Source: an uncultured Spirochaetota bacterium (lineage in GTDB: Bacteria > Spirochaetota > Spirochaetia > SZUA-6 > Fen-1364). From it: a stretch of 64,000 bases of DNA. The stretch covers positions 1 through 64,000 of the forward strand of contig CAWJSK010000006.1 of assembly GCA_963845535.1 (NCBI GenBank), given 5' to 3'. Below the pieces are notes generated by a model. The model saw only the letters and a list, made by a program, of their open reading frames with translations, ran no database searches and was not told the DNA's origin. A program made the position numbers and the translations under genes. Below are positions 38,961 to 49,294 of the stretch, piece after piece; within the stretch, counting starts at the first letter, position 1; every line of letters begins with the position of its first letter.

Positions 38961-40085
38961 CTACTCCACCATCCGTTTCTGTGCCGGGTCACCTCCTTTG
39001 TCGGCGTCGGTCATCCTCCGTGCCGCTTCCGCCTGCGTCCTGCGGGCCATGAACTCTGATACCTTTGCGGAGACCTCGCCGGCGGATACCGCGATGATGA
39101 TGACGACACCGCGAGCGACATACTGTACTTCGGAAGGCAGGCGAAGAAGGTTCATGGCATTTCCAATGGAGCCCATGAACAGGACTCCAATGAGCGTGCC
39201 AACAATGTTGCCTTTTCCCCCGGCCAGCGCGGTGCCGCCGATAACGACCATTGCTATGGTGTCGATTTCCAGCCCCTGCCCAAGCGTGATGATCCCGGTG
39301 TTGACGCGCCCAAGAAGCACCGTGGCGCTGATCCCCACCAGGACTCCCATGATGAGGTAGACCGAGAGTTTCATGTTCTTGAGGTTGATGCCCGCAAGGA
39401 AGGCTGCCTGCGGGTTGGAGCCGATGGCGTAAAGTCTGCGGCCGTACTTCGTATACGTGAGAACCAGTCCCCCCAGCAACATCACGACGGCAAAAACCAG
39501 CACGTAGGCGGGGAGGTTCAACGGCAGGTTGGTCACCGGGTCACGCGCTCCGCGGATGAGGTTGCCGGTGAGGAAGTTGAGCTGGTTCTCTATGTCGACC
39601 TCGCGGGAGTTGGAGAGCAGGAGCGCAATACCCTGGCAGAGAATCATGCCGCCGAGAGTTATGATGAAGGCCTCCACCCTGGTCCGTGAAATAATGAATC
39701 CCATGACGAGCTCAAGGACCACCGCGCTGGCAATTCCCAGAAGAATGGAAACGGTGACGCCAAAGTGCCAGTTGACAAAGCCGAGAGCCACCACGATGGA
39801 AGCCATGGACGCCATCATTCCAACCGAAAGGTCTATCCCGCCGGAGATCATGACGAGCGACATTCCGACGGCAACAATTCCGGGCGCGGAGGTCTGCTGC
39901 AGGATGTTGAAAAGGTTCACGGGGCTGATGAAAGTGGGAAATCTCCCATGAAAGATGATGAGCTGAAGGACGACAATAATGAATACAAAGCCGAGAAATA
40001 TGAAAAGCACCGTGGAGTTGTCGTGCCGTTTGAAGAAAGAAGCCCGCGGAGCAGACCGTACAGCGGCGTTTTCTTCCGGAATCAT
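38961..40085 (-). CDS. Monosaccharide ABC transporter permease (RbsC-like)
   Basis: GGIDLSVG, FIITLG, GRRLYAIGSNPQAA, VVIGGTALAGGKG. Confidence 0.93.
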   Translation of the reverse strand: MIPEENAAVRSAPRASFFKRHDNSTVLFIFLGFVFIIVVLQLIIFHGRFPTFISPVNLFNILQQTSAPGIVAVGMSLVMISGGIDLSVGMMASMASIVVALGFVNWHFGVTVSILLGIASAVVLELVMGFIISRTRVEAFIITLGGMILCQGIALLLSNSREVDIENQLNFLTGNLIRGARDPVTNLPLNLPAYVLVFAVVMLLGGLVLTYTKYGRRLYAIGSNPQAAFLAGINLKNMKLSVYLIMGVLVGISATVLLGRVNTGIITLGQGLEIDTIAMVVIGGTALAGGKGNIVGTLIGVLFMGSIGNAMNLLRLPSEVQYVARGVVIIIAVSAGEVSAKVSEFMARRTQAEAARRMTDADKGGDPAQKRMVE

Positions 40086-41566
40086 ATGTTTTTGTCCCCT
40101 ATCGAATACGCAAGGATATTCTCTTCGGTAAGCTCCTCTTTCCCAAGCTCTCCCGCCTTGTGGCCGTCGTGCATGATAAGCACCCTGTCGCTCATGGAGA
40201 TGACTTCCGGCATGTCGGAGGACACCATGATGATGGCCTTGCCCTGTCTGAGGAGATCAACCATAAGCTGATAGATCTCCTGCTTCGAGCCGACGTCGAT
40301 GCCCCGGGTAGGTTCGTCGAAAATGTAGATCTCTCCGTTCGTATTGAACCACTTCGCGAGGACCACCTTCTGCTGATTGCCGCCCGACAGGTTCACCACG
40401 TACGTCCGGGAGTCCGTCGTTTTGATGTTCAGCATCTTCACGAACCGGTCGCCGGTTTCCGCAACCGCCCGTGGACGGACCACGAAGTCCCTGGTGTTCA
40501 CGTAGTTCGCCACGGCGACGTTTTGCGCGATGGTCTGTGGCAGGAAGAGTCCCGTGTTTTGCCGATCCTCGGTGATAAAGCACATCTTGTTCTTGATGGA
40601 TTGCTTCGGGCTGCCATGCTTGACCACCTTTCCGTTGATCAGAATCTCACCATAGTCCAGCCGGGCACCGCCGAAGAGCACGTTCATCAACTCCGACCGT
40701 CCGGAACCGACCATTCCCGCAATACCGAGAATTTCACCCCTGCGGAGCGTCAAGGATATGTTTGCCGCGCCTTTGCCCGTGACGTTTCGAGCCTCGAAGA
40801 CGACCTCGCCAATTGGCGCCTGTTCCCGCTTGTAGAAGGTGGAAGGATCCCGACCCACCATGTCCTTGATCAACGCAGACTTTGTAAGGCCGTGTATGTC
40901 GTGCATTCTCACCTTGCGGCCGTCCCGCAGCACGGTCACACGGTCGCCAATCTCGAAAACCTCTTCCAGGTGATGCGAAATGTAGATGACGCCGATTCCG
41001 CTGCTCTTCACCGTGCGAATGATGTCAAGAAGCGTTTCGATCTCCTTGGAGGAGAAGGAGGCGGTCGGCTCGTCCAGGATCATGACGCTGCGCCGGAAGA
41101 TCAGGCCCTTGGCCACCTCCACGATCTTCTGTTCACCGCTTGAGAGCTCGTTCAGCGTGGCGTCCGGATCGAGGTCGCTCTTGAGAGAGCGCAGCACCTC
41201 TTCGGTTTTCCGCCGCATCTCTCTCCTTTTCAGGAACCCGGCTTTTGCGATCTCGGCGCCGGCGAAAATGTTTTCCATGATGCTGAGGGTGCCGAAGACA
41301 AAATGCTCCTGATATATCGTCTGGATTCCGAGCTTGATGGCTTCATGCGGGGTCAAGGAAACCTTCCTTCCTTCGAAGAAGATCTCCCCGCCCTGGTCGG
41401 GCTCGTAGGCGCCGGAAAGTATCTTGATGAGCGTGGACTTTCCGGCTCCGTTTTCCCCGCACAAGCAGTGGACCTCTCCCCTCATCAGGTCAAAGGAGAT
41501 TCCCTGAAGCGCCCGTACCCCGGGGAAGGTCTTGGAAATATTGGTCAGACGCAGGATTTCATCCAT
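40082..41566 (-). CDS. Monosaccharide ABC transporter ATP-binding protein (RbsA-like)
   Basis: GENGAGKSTL, LDEPT, LSGGNQQKV, FDEPTRGIDVG. Confidence 0.95.
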   Translation of the reverse strand: MDEILRLTNISKTFPGVRALQGISFDLMRGEVHCLCGENGAGKSTLIKILSGAYEPDQGGEIFFEGRKVSLTPHEAIKLGIQTIYQEHFVFGTLSIMENIFAGAEIAKAGFLKRREMRRKTEEVLRSLKSDLDPDATLNELSSGEQKIVEVAKGLIFRRSVMILDEPTASFSSKEIETLLDIIRTVKSSGIGVIYISHHLEEVFEIGDRVTVLRDGRKVRMHDIHGLTKSALIKDMVGRDPSTFYKREQAPIGEVVFEARNVTGKGAANISLTLRRGEILGIAGMVGSGRSELMNVLFGGARLDYGEILINGKVVKHGSPKQSIKNKMCFITEDRQNTGLFLPQTIAQNVAVANYVNTRDFVVRPRAVAETGDRFVKMLNIKTTDSRTYVVNLSGGNQQKVVLAKWFNTNGEIYIFDEPTRGIDVGSKQEIYQLMVDLLRQGKAIIMVSSDMPEVISMSDRVLIMHDGHKAGELGKEELTEENILAYSIGDKNI

Positions 41567-41595
41567 GCAGCATGGTGCTCCTCGTTTCAGATCGG

Positions 41596-42699
41596 TCAGG
41601 AGTAGTCCGGTATGTCCACCCGCGCTCCACCCTTCAACGCGGACTGGTGCGCGCATATGCCAACCGACGTCCAATTCGCCGCGCGCGCGGCATTCGGGAA
41701 GGGATCTCGATCGTCGACGAGAGCGGAGACAAACTCATTGACAAGGTGCGGGTGCGACCCTCCGTGCCCCGCCCCCTGGATATAGGAAAGATGACCTTGG
41801 TCGGATACGGACCGCGTGAACTTCCTGATGGGCTCCGGCAATAGCTGGGCGAAATCGGGGATTTCCACGCGCGCGGCGATCTCCGGCTCCGGCTTCTTGG
41901 CGGTGTGCAGCACGGGCTTTTCGCCCTGGATGAGAGGCCATTCGAACGACTTCTTCGATCCATACACGTCGATGCTTTCCCGATACTGGCGCGCCGTGTC
42001 CCAGAGAAAACGCCAGATGTGAGCAGCTACATCGGAATCCTTGACCTTGATGTGACAGGACTCCACCGCGAACGTGTTGCCTGAACGGCGGGCGCATTCG
42101 TCATTGATGGTTCCGGAGCCAAAGCAGCTCACATACTCCGCAAGTCCATCCACCATCGCAAGCATGGGGCTCACCACGTGCGTTGCATAATGCATGGGAA
42201 TCATGTCCTTCCAGTAGTCGGGCCATCCCTCCATGTCCTGCGGATGGGACGCCTGCATGTACTGGATCTTCCCCAGCTCACCCTTCTTGTACAGCTCCTT
42301 GACAAACAGGTATTCACGGCTGTAGACGACGGTTTCCGCCATCATGTACTTCAGGCCGGTCTTTCGGACAAGCTCCACGATCTCCCGGCACTGCTCCAGC
42401 GTCGTGGCCATGGGGACGGTGCACATGACGTGCTTTCCCGCCTTGAGTGCCTCGATGGCCTGCGGCGCGTGCTCGGGGATGGGACTGTTGATGTGAACGA
42501 AATCGATATCCGGGTCCTTCAGCATGTCGCGAAAACTGGTGTAGCGCTTGGAGATGCCGAATCGGTTCCCCACTTCGTCCAGCTTCTTCTTTGTCCGCTG
42601 ACAGATGGCTGCCACCTCGGCGCGTGGATGCGCGAGATAGATGGGAATGAACTCAGATCCGAATCCCAATCCAACCAGACCGACCCGTGCGTGCTTCAT
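41596..42699 (-). CDS. Gfo/Idh/MocA-family oxidoreductase
   Basis: VGLVGLGFG, ALKAGKHVMCTVP, HYATH, GGSHPHL. Confidence 0.9.
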   Translation of the reverse strand: MKHARVGLVGLGFGSEFIPIYLAHPRAEVAAICQRTKKKLDEVGNRFGISKRYTSFRDMLKDPDIDFVHINSPIPEHAPQAIEALKAGKHVMCTVPMATTLEQCREIVELVRKTGLKYMMAETVVYSREYLFVKELYKKGELGKIQYMQASHPQDMEGWPDYWKDMIPMHYATHVVSPMLAMVDGLAEYVSCFGSGTINDECARRSGNTFAVESCHIKVKDSDVAAHIWRFLWDTARQYRESIDVYGSKKSFEWPLIQGEKPVLHTAKKPEPEIAARVEIPDFAQLLPEPIRKFTRSVSDQGHLSYIQGAGHGGSHPHLVNEFVSALVDDRDPFPNAARAANWTSVGICAHQSALKGGARVDIPDYS

Positions 42700-43997
42700 A
42701 GTATCCCTCGTGGGGTATTGTAGGGCTGGTTCTCTTTGCCGTACATGATATTTCGCGCTGGATATTTGAGATTTTTTACCGCCGAGCCGCCCGTGCCTTC
42801 GGCGCCCGGGTCTTCTTCGCTTGGATGCGTACGTCCTCGCATCTGGTGGCGGTACTCTTTGGGCGTCATGCCCGTCACCTTCTTGAAGAAGACGCTCAGA
42901 TACTCCGAATGCTCGATTCCCATCTCTTCGCTTATTTCGAAAAGCGACATCTCCGTCTGCAACAGCAGCTCCCGGACGTGGTTCGTGCGCACGCGCAGGA
43001 TCTCCTCGTGCGGCGTCCGATTCAGCGCGCGCTTGAAGCGGGATTCGAGAACCCGCCGCGAGAGCGGGACGATATCGAGGAGGTCCTCCACACGAATGTT
43101 CTTATGTCCGTTGTTCCGAATGAAAGCCACCGCTTCGGCCACGTGGGGATCTTCGACCGTGAGAACGTCCGTGGACACCCGCTTGTGGACACCCATGGGC
43201 TCGATGGCGTACTTTCGCTCCGGGATGGCCTCCCCGTTCATCATCCGGTCCAGCAGCTCAGCGGCGTACGCCCCGGTCTTGGCGGTATTGGGCACGACGC
43301 TGGACATCGACGGCGTTGCAAGCTCGCACAAGAGCTCGTCGTTGTCCACGCCGACCACGGCGATATCCTCGGGAACCACCAGATCGTAGTACCGACAGAT
43401 CTCAAGAAGCTGCTGCCCGCACGCGTCGTAGCAGGCAAATATCCCCACCGGCTTCGGAAGGCCCATCAGCCATTTTCGGATGTCTTCACGGTGCGTCCAC
43501 CAGCGTATCCGCGGATCCTTTCGAATGGGGAGATTGTAGGTGCCGGCCGGGGTCACGGCGTCGTCGCGCAGGATCCGCTCGAAACTCTGTTGACGCCACG
43601 TGGACCAGTTGTAGAAGGGATCACCGAAGAATGCCAGGTTCTGAAGGCCGCAATCACGAAGATGGTCGATTGCAAGGCGGGCTATGGCTTCGTCGTCGGT
43701 TTCAACGAAGGGAATGCCGGGCGCCAGACGCGCCGCGCTCACGTCTACCGCGGGAACGTTCATGGAGGTGACGATCCGCGCCATGAGCTCTGTCTCAATC
43801 CGGGCAATGACGCCGTCGAACTTCCAGCGTTCAGCGAAGGACTCATCAATCTCGTGCCGACCATGCTCGGTGAGATAGATTGCCCAACCATGCCGCACGC
43901 GCGCGTAATCATGTATCCCTTTGAGAATTCCCCGCGCGTAGCTGTTGGAGGTCTCCACGATGACGGCGACATTCTTCTGATTTGCGACTCTGCTCAC
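42696..43997 (-). CDS. XylR-type regulator (periplasmic-binding-protein-like domain plus AraC HTH)
   Basis: YARGILKGI, PKPVGIFACYD, VPEDIAVVGVDND, C-terminal AraC FKKVTGMTPKEYR; GTG start. Confidence 0.9.
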   Translation of the reverse strand: MSRVANQKNVAVIVETSNSYARGILKGIHDYARVRHGWAIYLTEHGRHEIDESFAERWKFDGVIARIETELMARIVTSMNVPAVDVSAARLAPGIPFVETDDEAIARLAIDHLRDCGLQNLAFFGDPFYNWSTWRQQSFERILRDDAVTPAGTYNLPIRKDPRIRWWTHREDIRKWLMGLPKPVGIFACYDACGQQLLEICRYYDLVVPEDIAVVGVDNDELLCELATPSMSSVVPNTAKTGAYAAELLDRMMNGEAIPERKYAIEPMGVHKRVSTDVLTVEDPHVAEAVAFIRNNGHKNIRVEDLLDIVPLSRRVLESRFKRALNRTPHEEILRVRTNHVRELLLQTEMSLFEISEEMGIEHSEYLSVFFKKVTGMTPKEYRHQMRGRTHPSEEDPGAEGTGGSAVKNLKYPARNIMYGKENQPYNTPRGIL

Positions 43998-44017
43998 CGT
44001 GCGTCTCCGTTTACTCG

Positions 44018-45193
44018 TCAAATTCCGACTTTGACAAGTCTCCCGTCCTCTCGGCCGCTGCGGTAGATGGCGTCCGTGACCGCCGCCACCTGGCACGCGT
44101 CTGCGAACGTCGGGACGGTGTAAGTATTGTCGGCCTGGCCAAGAAGCTTGAGTCCAAAGTGCACGTACTGCCACCGGAAATACTGCAGATAGCCATTGAT
44201 CAAGCCCGGGACAGCGTCAGTGTTCAGGTGGCCGTCGCTACCAGGGTCGGAGACGTGGATGTGAGTCCAGCCGCGTTCGCGGGAAGGAACCTTGACACCG
44301 TCCGGGCGCGTATGTGAGTAGAACTTGAGGTAGCCCTGGTCCTCCAACTCCCATTTAACGCCGCCCCGATTGCCGTGGATGGAGCTCTCGAAGAATGCCT
44401 TGTGACCCGTGGACGTTCGATTGGAGCGGAATGTGATTGCGCAGCCGTTGTCAAACCACGTAACGGCCTCGAATGCATCCACGGCCTTGCCCTGAGCCCG
44501 CTTGTCGGAGCCCCGGATCATTTTCAAGTTTTCCGAGTCCCCATCGTAGACGCGGGTCTGCGCTGACACCTCCGTGATCTTCTTTCCGAGAACGAACTGA
44601 ATGAGGTCCACCTGGTGCGCGCCCAGGTCCTCGATCACACCGCCCAGCCCCTGTTCCGCCTGGAAGCGGAAGTCAGTTCGGCCCGAGCGCCCCCAGTCTT
44701 GAAGGAACTCGGACGCTCCCTCGAAATACCCCGAGTTGCCAAGGACAAGCCCGTCCTGGACCAGGCGACGCGCTTCCAGCACCCCGGGAGCGCCCTGGTA
44801 GCAGAACGTGACCATGGTCGGAGTGCCGGCCGCTTTTGCCGCGGCTGCCATCTCCTGCGCCTTTTCCAGAGAGGAGCTCAAAGGCTTTTCGCAAACCACG
44901 GCTTTCCCCGCCTTGAGGGCGGCAATAGCCATGGGCGCGTGTTCCTTGTTCGGTACCGCAACAACAACCATGTCGGCCTTGCCGACTTCTTTTTCCCAAT
45001 CCGTGGACGCCCGGTTGTAGCCATACCTCGTTTTGGTAACCGAAAGCTTGTCCGCATCCCGACCAGCCACGCAATCCATGACAAACTCGAGGCCGCGGGG
45101 CCGTAGCTGCAGATTGGCTTCCAGGATGGCCCGGGGGTGAGCAATGCCGCCCATGAACCCCTGGCCGATGACAAGCACTTTGATCGTTTTCAT
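44018..45193 (-). CDS. Gfo/Idh/MocA-family oxidoreductase
   Basis: IGQGFMG, GKAVVCEKPL, GGVIEDLGAHQVD, PTFADA. Confidence 0.92.
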   Translation of the reverse strand: MKTIKVLVIGQGFMGGIAHPRAILEANLQLRPRGLEFVMDCVAGRDADKLSVTKTRYGYNRASTDWEKEVGKADMVVVAVPNKEHAPMAIAALKAGKAVVCEKPLSSSLEKAQEMAAAAKAAGTPTMVTFCYQGAPGVLEARRLVQDGLVLGNSGYFEGASEFLQDWGRSGRTDFRFQAEQGLGGVIEDLGAHQVDLIQFVLGKKITEVSAQTRVYDGDSENLKMIRGSDKRAQGKAVDAFEAVTWFDNGCAITFRSNRTSTGHKAFFESSIHGNRGGVKWELEDQGYLKFYSHTRPDGVKVPSRERGWTHIHVSDPGSDGHLNTDAVPGLINGYLQYFRWQYVHFGLKLLGQADNTYTVPTFADACQVAAVTDAIYRSGREDGRLVKVGI

Positions 45194-45235
45194 GGCACCC
45201 CTTTCGTCGTAGAACCTGTATTTTCCTTTATTACC

Positions 45236-46238
45236 TCAGCCCTTGGCGGAGAAGGCGGCGTCAAACGCAACCGACGAAGACTGAAAATCCTGCTTGCGGA
45301 TGAGGGCCAGAGCCTCGGGAGCCCCCCACTCCCTGTCCATCCCGCTGTCCTCCCACTCCAGGGAGAGAGGCCCTTTATAGCCGATGCGGTTCAGCGCGCG
45401 GATGATGGGGTCCCACTTCACGTCGCCACGCCCCACGGAGACAAAGTCCCATCCGCGGCGCGCGTCCCCGAAGTCCAGGTGCGAGCCGAGTATGCTGTTG
45501 CGGCCGTTGAGCTGCAGGCGTGAGTCCTTGATGTGGCAATGGAAGATCCTCTGGGGGAACTCTTCGATGAACGCGACGGGGTTTATGAACTGGTGGATGA
45601 AATGGCTCGGGTCGAAGTTGAAACCAAATGCCGGGTGGCTTCATCACCGCCTCCATGGCCCGGTGGGCGGTGATGATGTCGTAGGCAATCTCGGTGGGGT
45701 GAACCTCAAGCGCGAACTTCACACCCTGCTTTTTGAACTCGTCCAGGATGGGGATCCAGCGGTCCGCGAAATCCTTGTACCCGACCTCGATGTCCGCCTG
45801 GCTCGTGGGGGGAAAGAAGTACAGCTTGGACCACACGGAGCTGCCGGTGAAGCCGTTGACCACCTCCACCCCGAGGAGCTTCGCCGCCCTGGCGGTCTTC
45901 TTCAGTTCTTCCGCGCAACGCTGCCGAACCCCTTCCGGCTTCCCGTCTCCCCACAGCCTCTCCGGGAGGACGTTCTTGTGCCGCTCATCGATGGGGTCGC
46001 AGACGCACTGCCCGATGAGGTGCGTGCTGATTGCCAGGCATTTCAGCTTGTTCTTCGAGAGGATCTCTTTCCTCTCTTTCACATAGGAATCTTTTTCCAG
46101 CGCCTTTTCGGCATCGAAGTGGTCTCCCCAGCATGCAAGCTCAAGCCCATCGAATCCCCAGGCGCCCGCCTTCTTCGCAAGCGCTTCCAGGGGCAGGTCG
46201 GCCCATTGGCCGGTGAACAGAGTGACTGGTCGTGCCAT
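45236..46238 (-). CDS. Sugar phosphate isomerase/epimerase (IolE/xylose-isomerase-like TIM barrel); apparent frameshift at ~45640
   Basis: [29 protein letters not shown]; continues in another frame as FGFNFDPSH...HCHIKDS...[13 protein letters not shown]. Confidence 0.88.
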
Positions 46239-46289
46239 CACAGGTCTCCTCTTTGCTAATGACCGCGCGAACGTCGTGCTCTCGCGGCT

Positions 46290-47183
46290 CTATGTTTGCC
46301 CCCACTTTGCAACGAGCTTGTCCATGAACCCTTTTGCAGGTCCTGTAGCCTCGAGCGCGTTTTCCCAGAAGCAAAGGTCGATTGGCCACCATTCGTCAGC
46401 ATAGCCGGCGTCAAGGATGGCCTTTGTCACGGCGTCGAAGTCCAGACGGCCCTTGCCGAAGGGCGCGTGGGTGCTTGTTTCATTGTCGTGAAGCGTGCCG
46501 TCAGAGTCGATGAAGTGAACGGCACCGATCTTCCCGGTAAGCATGTGGGCAAACTGAACCACTCCGCCGGGCAGGGTCTCTTTCTTCCCCAGTTGCCGCG
46601 CGCCGACGACTCCGCACATGTACGCGTGACAGGTGTCGAACATGACAAGGAAGTTCGGGTGGTCCACCTTGTATGTCATGCGAACCACTTCGCTGGGCTT
46701 GTTGAAAAGGAAGCCGGGTTCGAACTCCCAGACGAACTTGATTCCGCTCTTCGCGCATAACTCCGCGGACTCGTTCCATCTCTGCGCCACGGTGGAGAAG
46801 CAGCTCTCGTAGTCCATCCCGCCGGGGATATGCGTCGGGGGGTCCTTGGTTTCGGTGCGCAGCTTGGGGATGCCCATCTCGAGGCACATCTCGATGTGGC
46901 CCTTGACCACGTCGAGGTAGTCCTTTTTGCTCGTGGTTGCCGGTGAGGGGAAAGGAGCCGCGACGCCGGAGATTCCCAGGCCCGCGTCATCCAGCATCTT
47001 CTTGATTTCCTTCCGCTTCTCCTTCGTGTTGGGCTGAAGGTGCGGCTCGAAGGCGCCGAGCTCGATGCCGTCGAACTTCAGCTCTTTCAGCCTTTTCACC
47101 ACGGCGGGAAAAGGGATGGGCTTGTCCGCATAGCCTCCCCAGATGTAAGCCCACGTGCCCACGGAAATCTTCTTCTTTGCCAT
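46290..47183 (-). CDS. Sugar phosphate isomerase/epimerase (TIM barrel)
   Basis: FDGIELG, WEFEPGF, FDTCHA, HFIDSDGT, HAPFGKG. Confidence 0.88.
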   Translation of the reverse strand: MAKKKISVGTWAYIWGGYADKPIPFPAVVKRLKELKFDGIELGAFEPHLQPNTKEKRKEIKKMLDDAGLGISGVAAPFPSPATTSKKDYLDVVKGHIEMCLEMGIPKLRTETKDPPTHIPGGMDYESCFSTVAQRWNESAELCAKSGIKFVWEFEPGFLFNKPSEVVRMTYKVDHPNFLVMFDTCHAYMCGVVGARQLGKKETLPGGVVQFAHMLTGKIGAVHFIDSDGTLHDNETSTHAPFGKGRLDFDAVTKAILDAGYADEWWPIDLCFWENALEATGPAKGFMDKLVAKWGQT

Positions 47184-47204
47184 GACCGCCTCCTTGTTTG
47201 TTTC

Positions 47205-48053
47205 CTACGCCATCAGCCTTTTGAGGAATGCCAGCCCGTCTTTGGCCAGGATGTCCGGTGTCTGAGCGAGAGGCCTCCACACGGCTGCCGCGCGGGCAAT
47301 CTCTTTCACCTCGGTTGAGAACGACTCGATCACGAGCGCGCCGTTGAATCGTATTTTCTTCAGGGCAGCCGCAATCTCGTTCCAGGGAACGTGTCCCGTG
47401 CCGGGAGTTCCGCGGTCGTTCTCGTTCGCGTGCACGTGCACCAGATCGGCCCCGGCCGCTTCGATTGCCTTGCCCAGGCTCTTCTCCTCGATGTTCGCAT
47501 GGAAGGTGTCCATCATGAGCTTCACGCGGGGGCTGCCGATCATGTGCATCAGCTCCTGAGCCTGCTCGGTCAGGTTGATGAAGCTGGTCTCGAAACGGTT
47601 GAGAGGCTCCAGGGCCAGCGTCACTCCCTTGTCCTCAGCGTAGCGTGCCACCTCTTTCAGGTTCTTTACGCACCGCTGCAGATCGCGCTTGCGTTGCTCA
47701 GGAGTTGCCTGCCAGGTGCGGCCGACTGCGGAGTAGTGCGGGCCAGCCACTGCCATGGCTTTCATGACAACGGCCGCATCGATGAGGTGCTTGAGATATG
47801 CCACGCCGCCTCTCTGGATGGCCTCATCTTCGTGGGTCGGGTCGCGGTCCGCGCCCATCACGCCGCAGATGGAGCATTTCAGACCCGCGCGCTCGTAGGC
47901 CTCCGCGGCCTTTGCGTAGTCAATGTCCCCTTCCCTCTCGATCGGGATCTCCATAAGGTCGAAGCCCAGCGCCTTTGCCTTGTCCAGCAGCGGAAGGTGC
48001 TGGGTCTTGAACGGAGAAGCCCACAGAAAAGTATTAATCCCGAAAACCGGCAT
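47205..48053 (-). CDS. D-psicose/D-tagatose 3-epimerase-family protein
   Basis: LEPLNRFET, MDTFHANIEE, HVHANENDRGTPGTG, VIESF, AVWR. Confidence 0.88.
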   Translation of the reverse strand: MPVFGINTFLWASPFKTQHLPLLDKAKALGFDLMEIPIEREGDIDYAKAAEAYERAGLKCSICGVMGADRDPTHEDEAIQRGGVAYLKHLIDAAVVMKAMAVAGPHYSAVGRTWQATPEQRKRDLQRCVKNLKEVARYAEDKGVTLALEPLNRFETSFINLTEQAQELMHMIGSPRVKLMMDTFHANIEEKSLGKAIEAAGADLVHVHANENDRGTPGTGHVPWNEIAAALKKIRFNGALVIESFSTEVKEIARAAAVWRPLAQTPDILAKDGLAFLKRLMA

Positions 48054-48079
48054 AGTGCTACCTCCCTCGTGCGAAAGTG

Positions 48080-49294
48080 TTATTTTCCCAGCTCGGGGTT
48101 TCCGGGGCCGAAATGCTTCAACATCACGATCGGATCGCTCCGCGACGGGTTTGTGATCGTGACCCCTTCTTTCGCCGCCCCTTCGGTAACGAAGAACTCG
48201 TCGTAGGTCAGTTGGCCGTAGCGGATAAGGGTCGGGGTCTCGACCTCCCACACTCCCATCTTCCCGTGCCCCTGCAGCATGATCATCCCATAGGCACCCC
48301 CGTCCTTGATCGTGACGCTGGCGCCGGGAAGGATGGTCAGCTCTTTCGCGCTGTACTCCGTTGACTTGTAGGTGATCCAGTTTTCGACGTAGCCCTCCGC
48401 CTGCATCTGCTGAACGGGCCGCGCTGGTTTGGGCACCATGAAATGCTTGGCCACAAAATTGGGATCCACGTTGGCTTCCCAGTCCAGCACCTCGATCATG
48501 TAGTCGATATTGCCTACCTTGTCCGGCGGAGTATTCTTCCACAGGAGCTCTTCCGAGATGATGGCGTCCCCGGTGAGCGACTGGTACATGGCAAAAATGT
48601 CGGAGGCCTTCTGCGGCTCATAGGTGCACAGGCTGCCCGGCGCGTGAAGGACTCCCGCCGGAACGTCCCAGCCGGTCCCCGGCTCAAGCCGGGCGGCCAT
48701 GGACAGGTTGGTGATCTTGTTGTCTCCCTTGGAGAAGTTGCGCAGGCACTCCGCCACCTGGTCCTTGGTGGTGCCTGGCCGCAACCCGAAGAACGTGTAG
48801 GGAAAGTCCGCCCCATAGTTGTTGTTTTGCACCGGGAAGTAGTAGCTCTCTGGCTTCCCGCTCATCCCGACGAGCCTGGCGTGTTGCTCCCGATGGTGCA
48901 CGTGGTGCGGGAGAGCCCCCTTGTTGTCGAAGAACTTGGAGTACATGGGCCAGGACTTGTGCGCGTCCCAGATCCGGTCTCCGATGATGGCGCCTTTCAG
49001 CTCCGCAACGGCGTCCCGCAGGGTGACCTTTTCCGTCTTTCCCCCGTCCTCGAAGACGACAAAGCTCAGGCCTTCGTTTGGGCTGGTCTTGGGGCCGTTG
49101 TCCGCAGGGGTGGTCGAAGAAAACCATCTCTCGTCGATCCCGCCACGTTCGCCGCCCAACGCGTAATAGTCGTCAGGATGCAGTTTGATGCGCCGTCCCG
49201 GCACACAGAACGCCCTCGGCACCCAATTGGGTGCCAGTCTCAACACGCCCTTGCCCTGTTCAAGGGCTTTGTCAGTAGTGGTTTTGATTGCCAT
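48080..49294 (-). CDS. Cupin protein, mannose-6-phosphate-isomerase-like
   Basis: KFFDNKGALPHHVH, GKPESYY, VPAGVLHAPG, YEPQ cupin metal motifs. Confidence 0.7.
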   Translation of the reverse strand: MAIKTTTDKALEQGKGVLRLAPNWVPRAFCVPGRRIKLHPDDYYALGGERGGIDERWFSSTTPADNGPKTSPNEGLSFVVFEDGGKTEKVTLRDAVAELKGAIIGDRIWDAHKSWPMYSKFFDNKGALPHHVHHREQHARLVGMSGKPESYYFPVQNNNYGADFPYTFFGLRPGTTKDQVAECLRNFSKGDNKITNLSMAARLEPGTGWDVPAGVLHAPGSLCTYEPQKASDIFAMYQSLTGDAIISEELLWKNTPPDKVGNIDYMIEVLDWEANVDPNFVAKHFMVPKPARPVQQMQAEGYVENWITYKSTEYSAKELTILPGASVTIKDGGAYGMIMLQGHGKMGVWEVETPTLIRYGQLTYDEFFVTEGAAKEGVTITNPSRSDPIVMLKHFGPGNPELGK

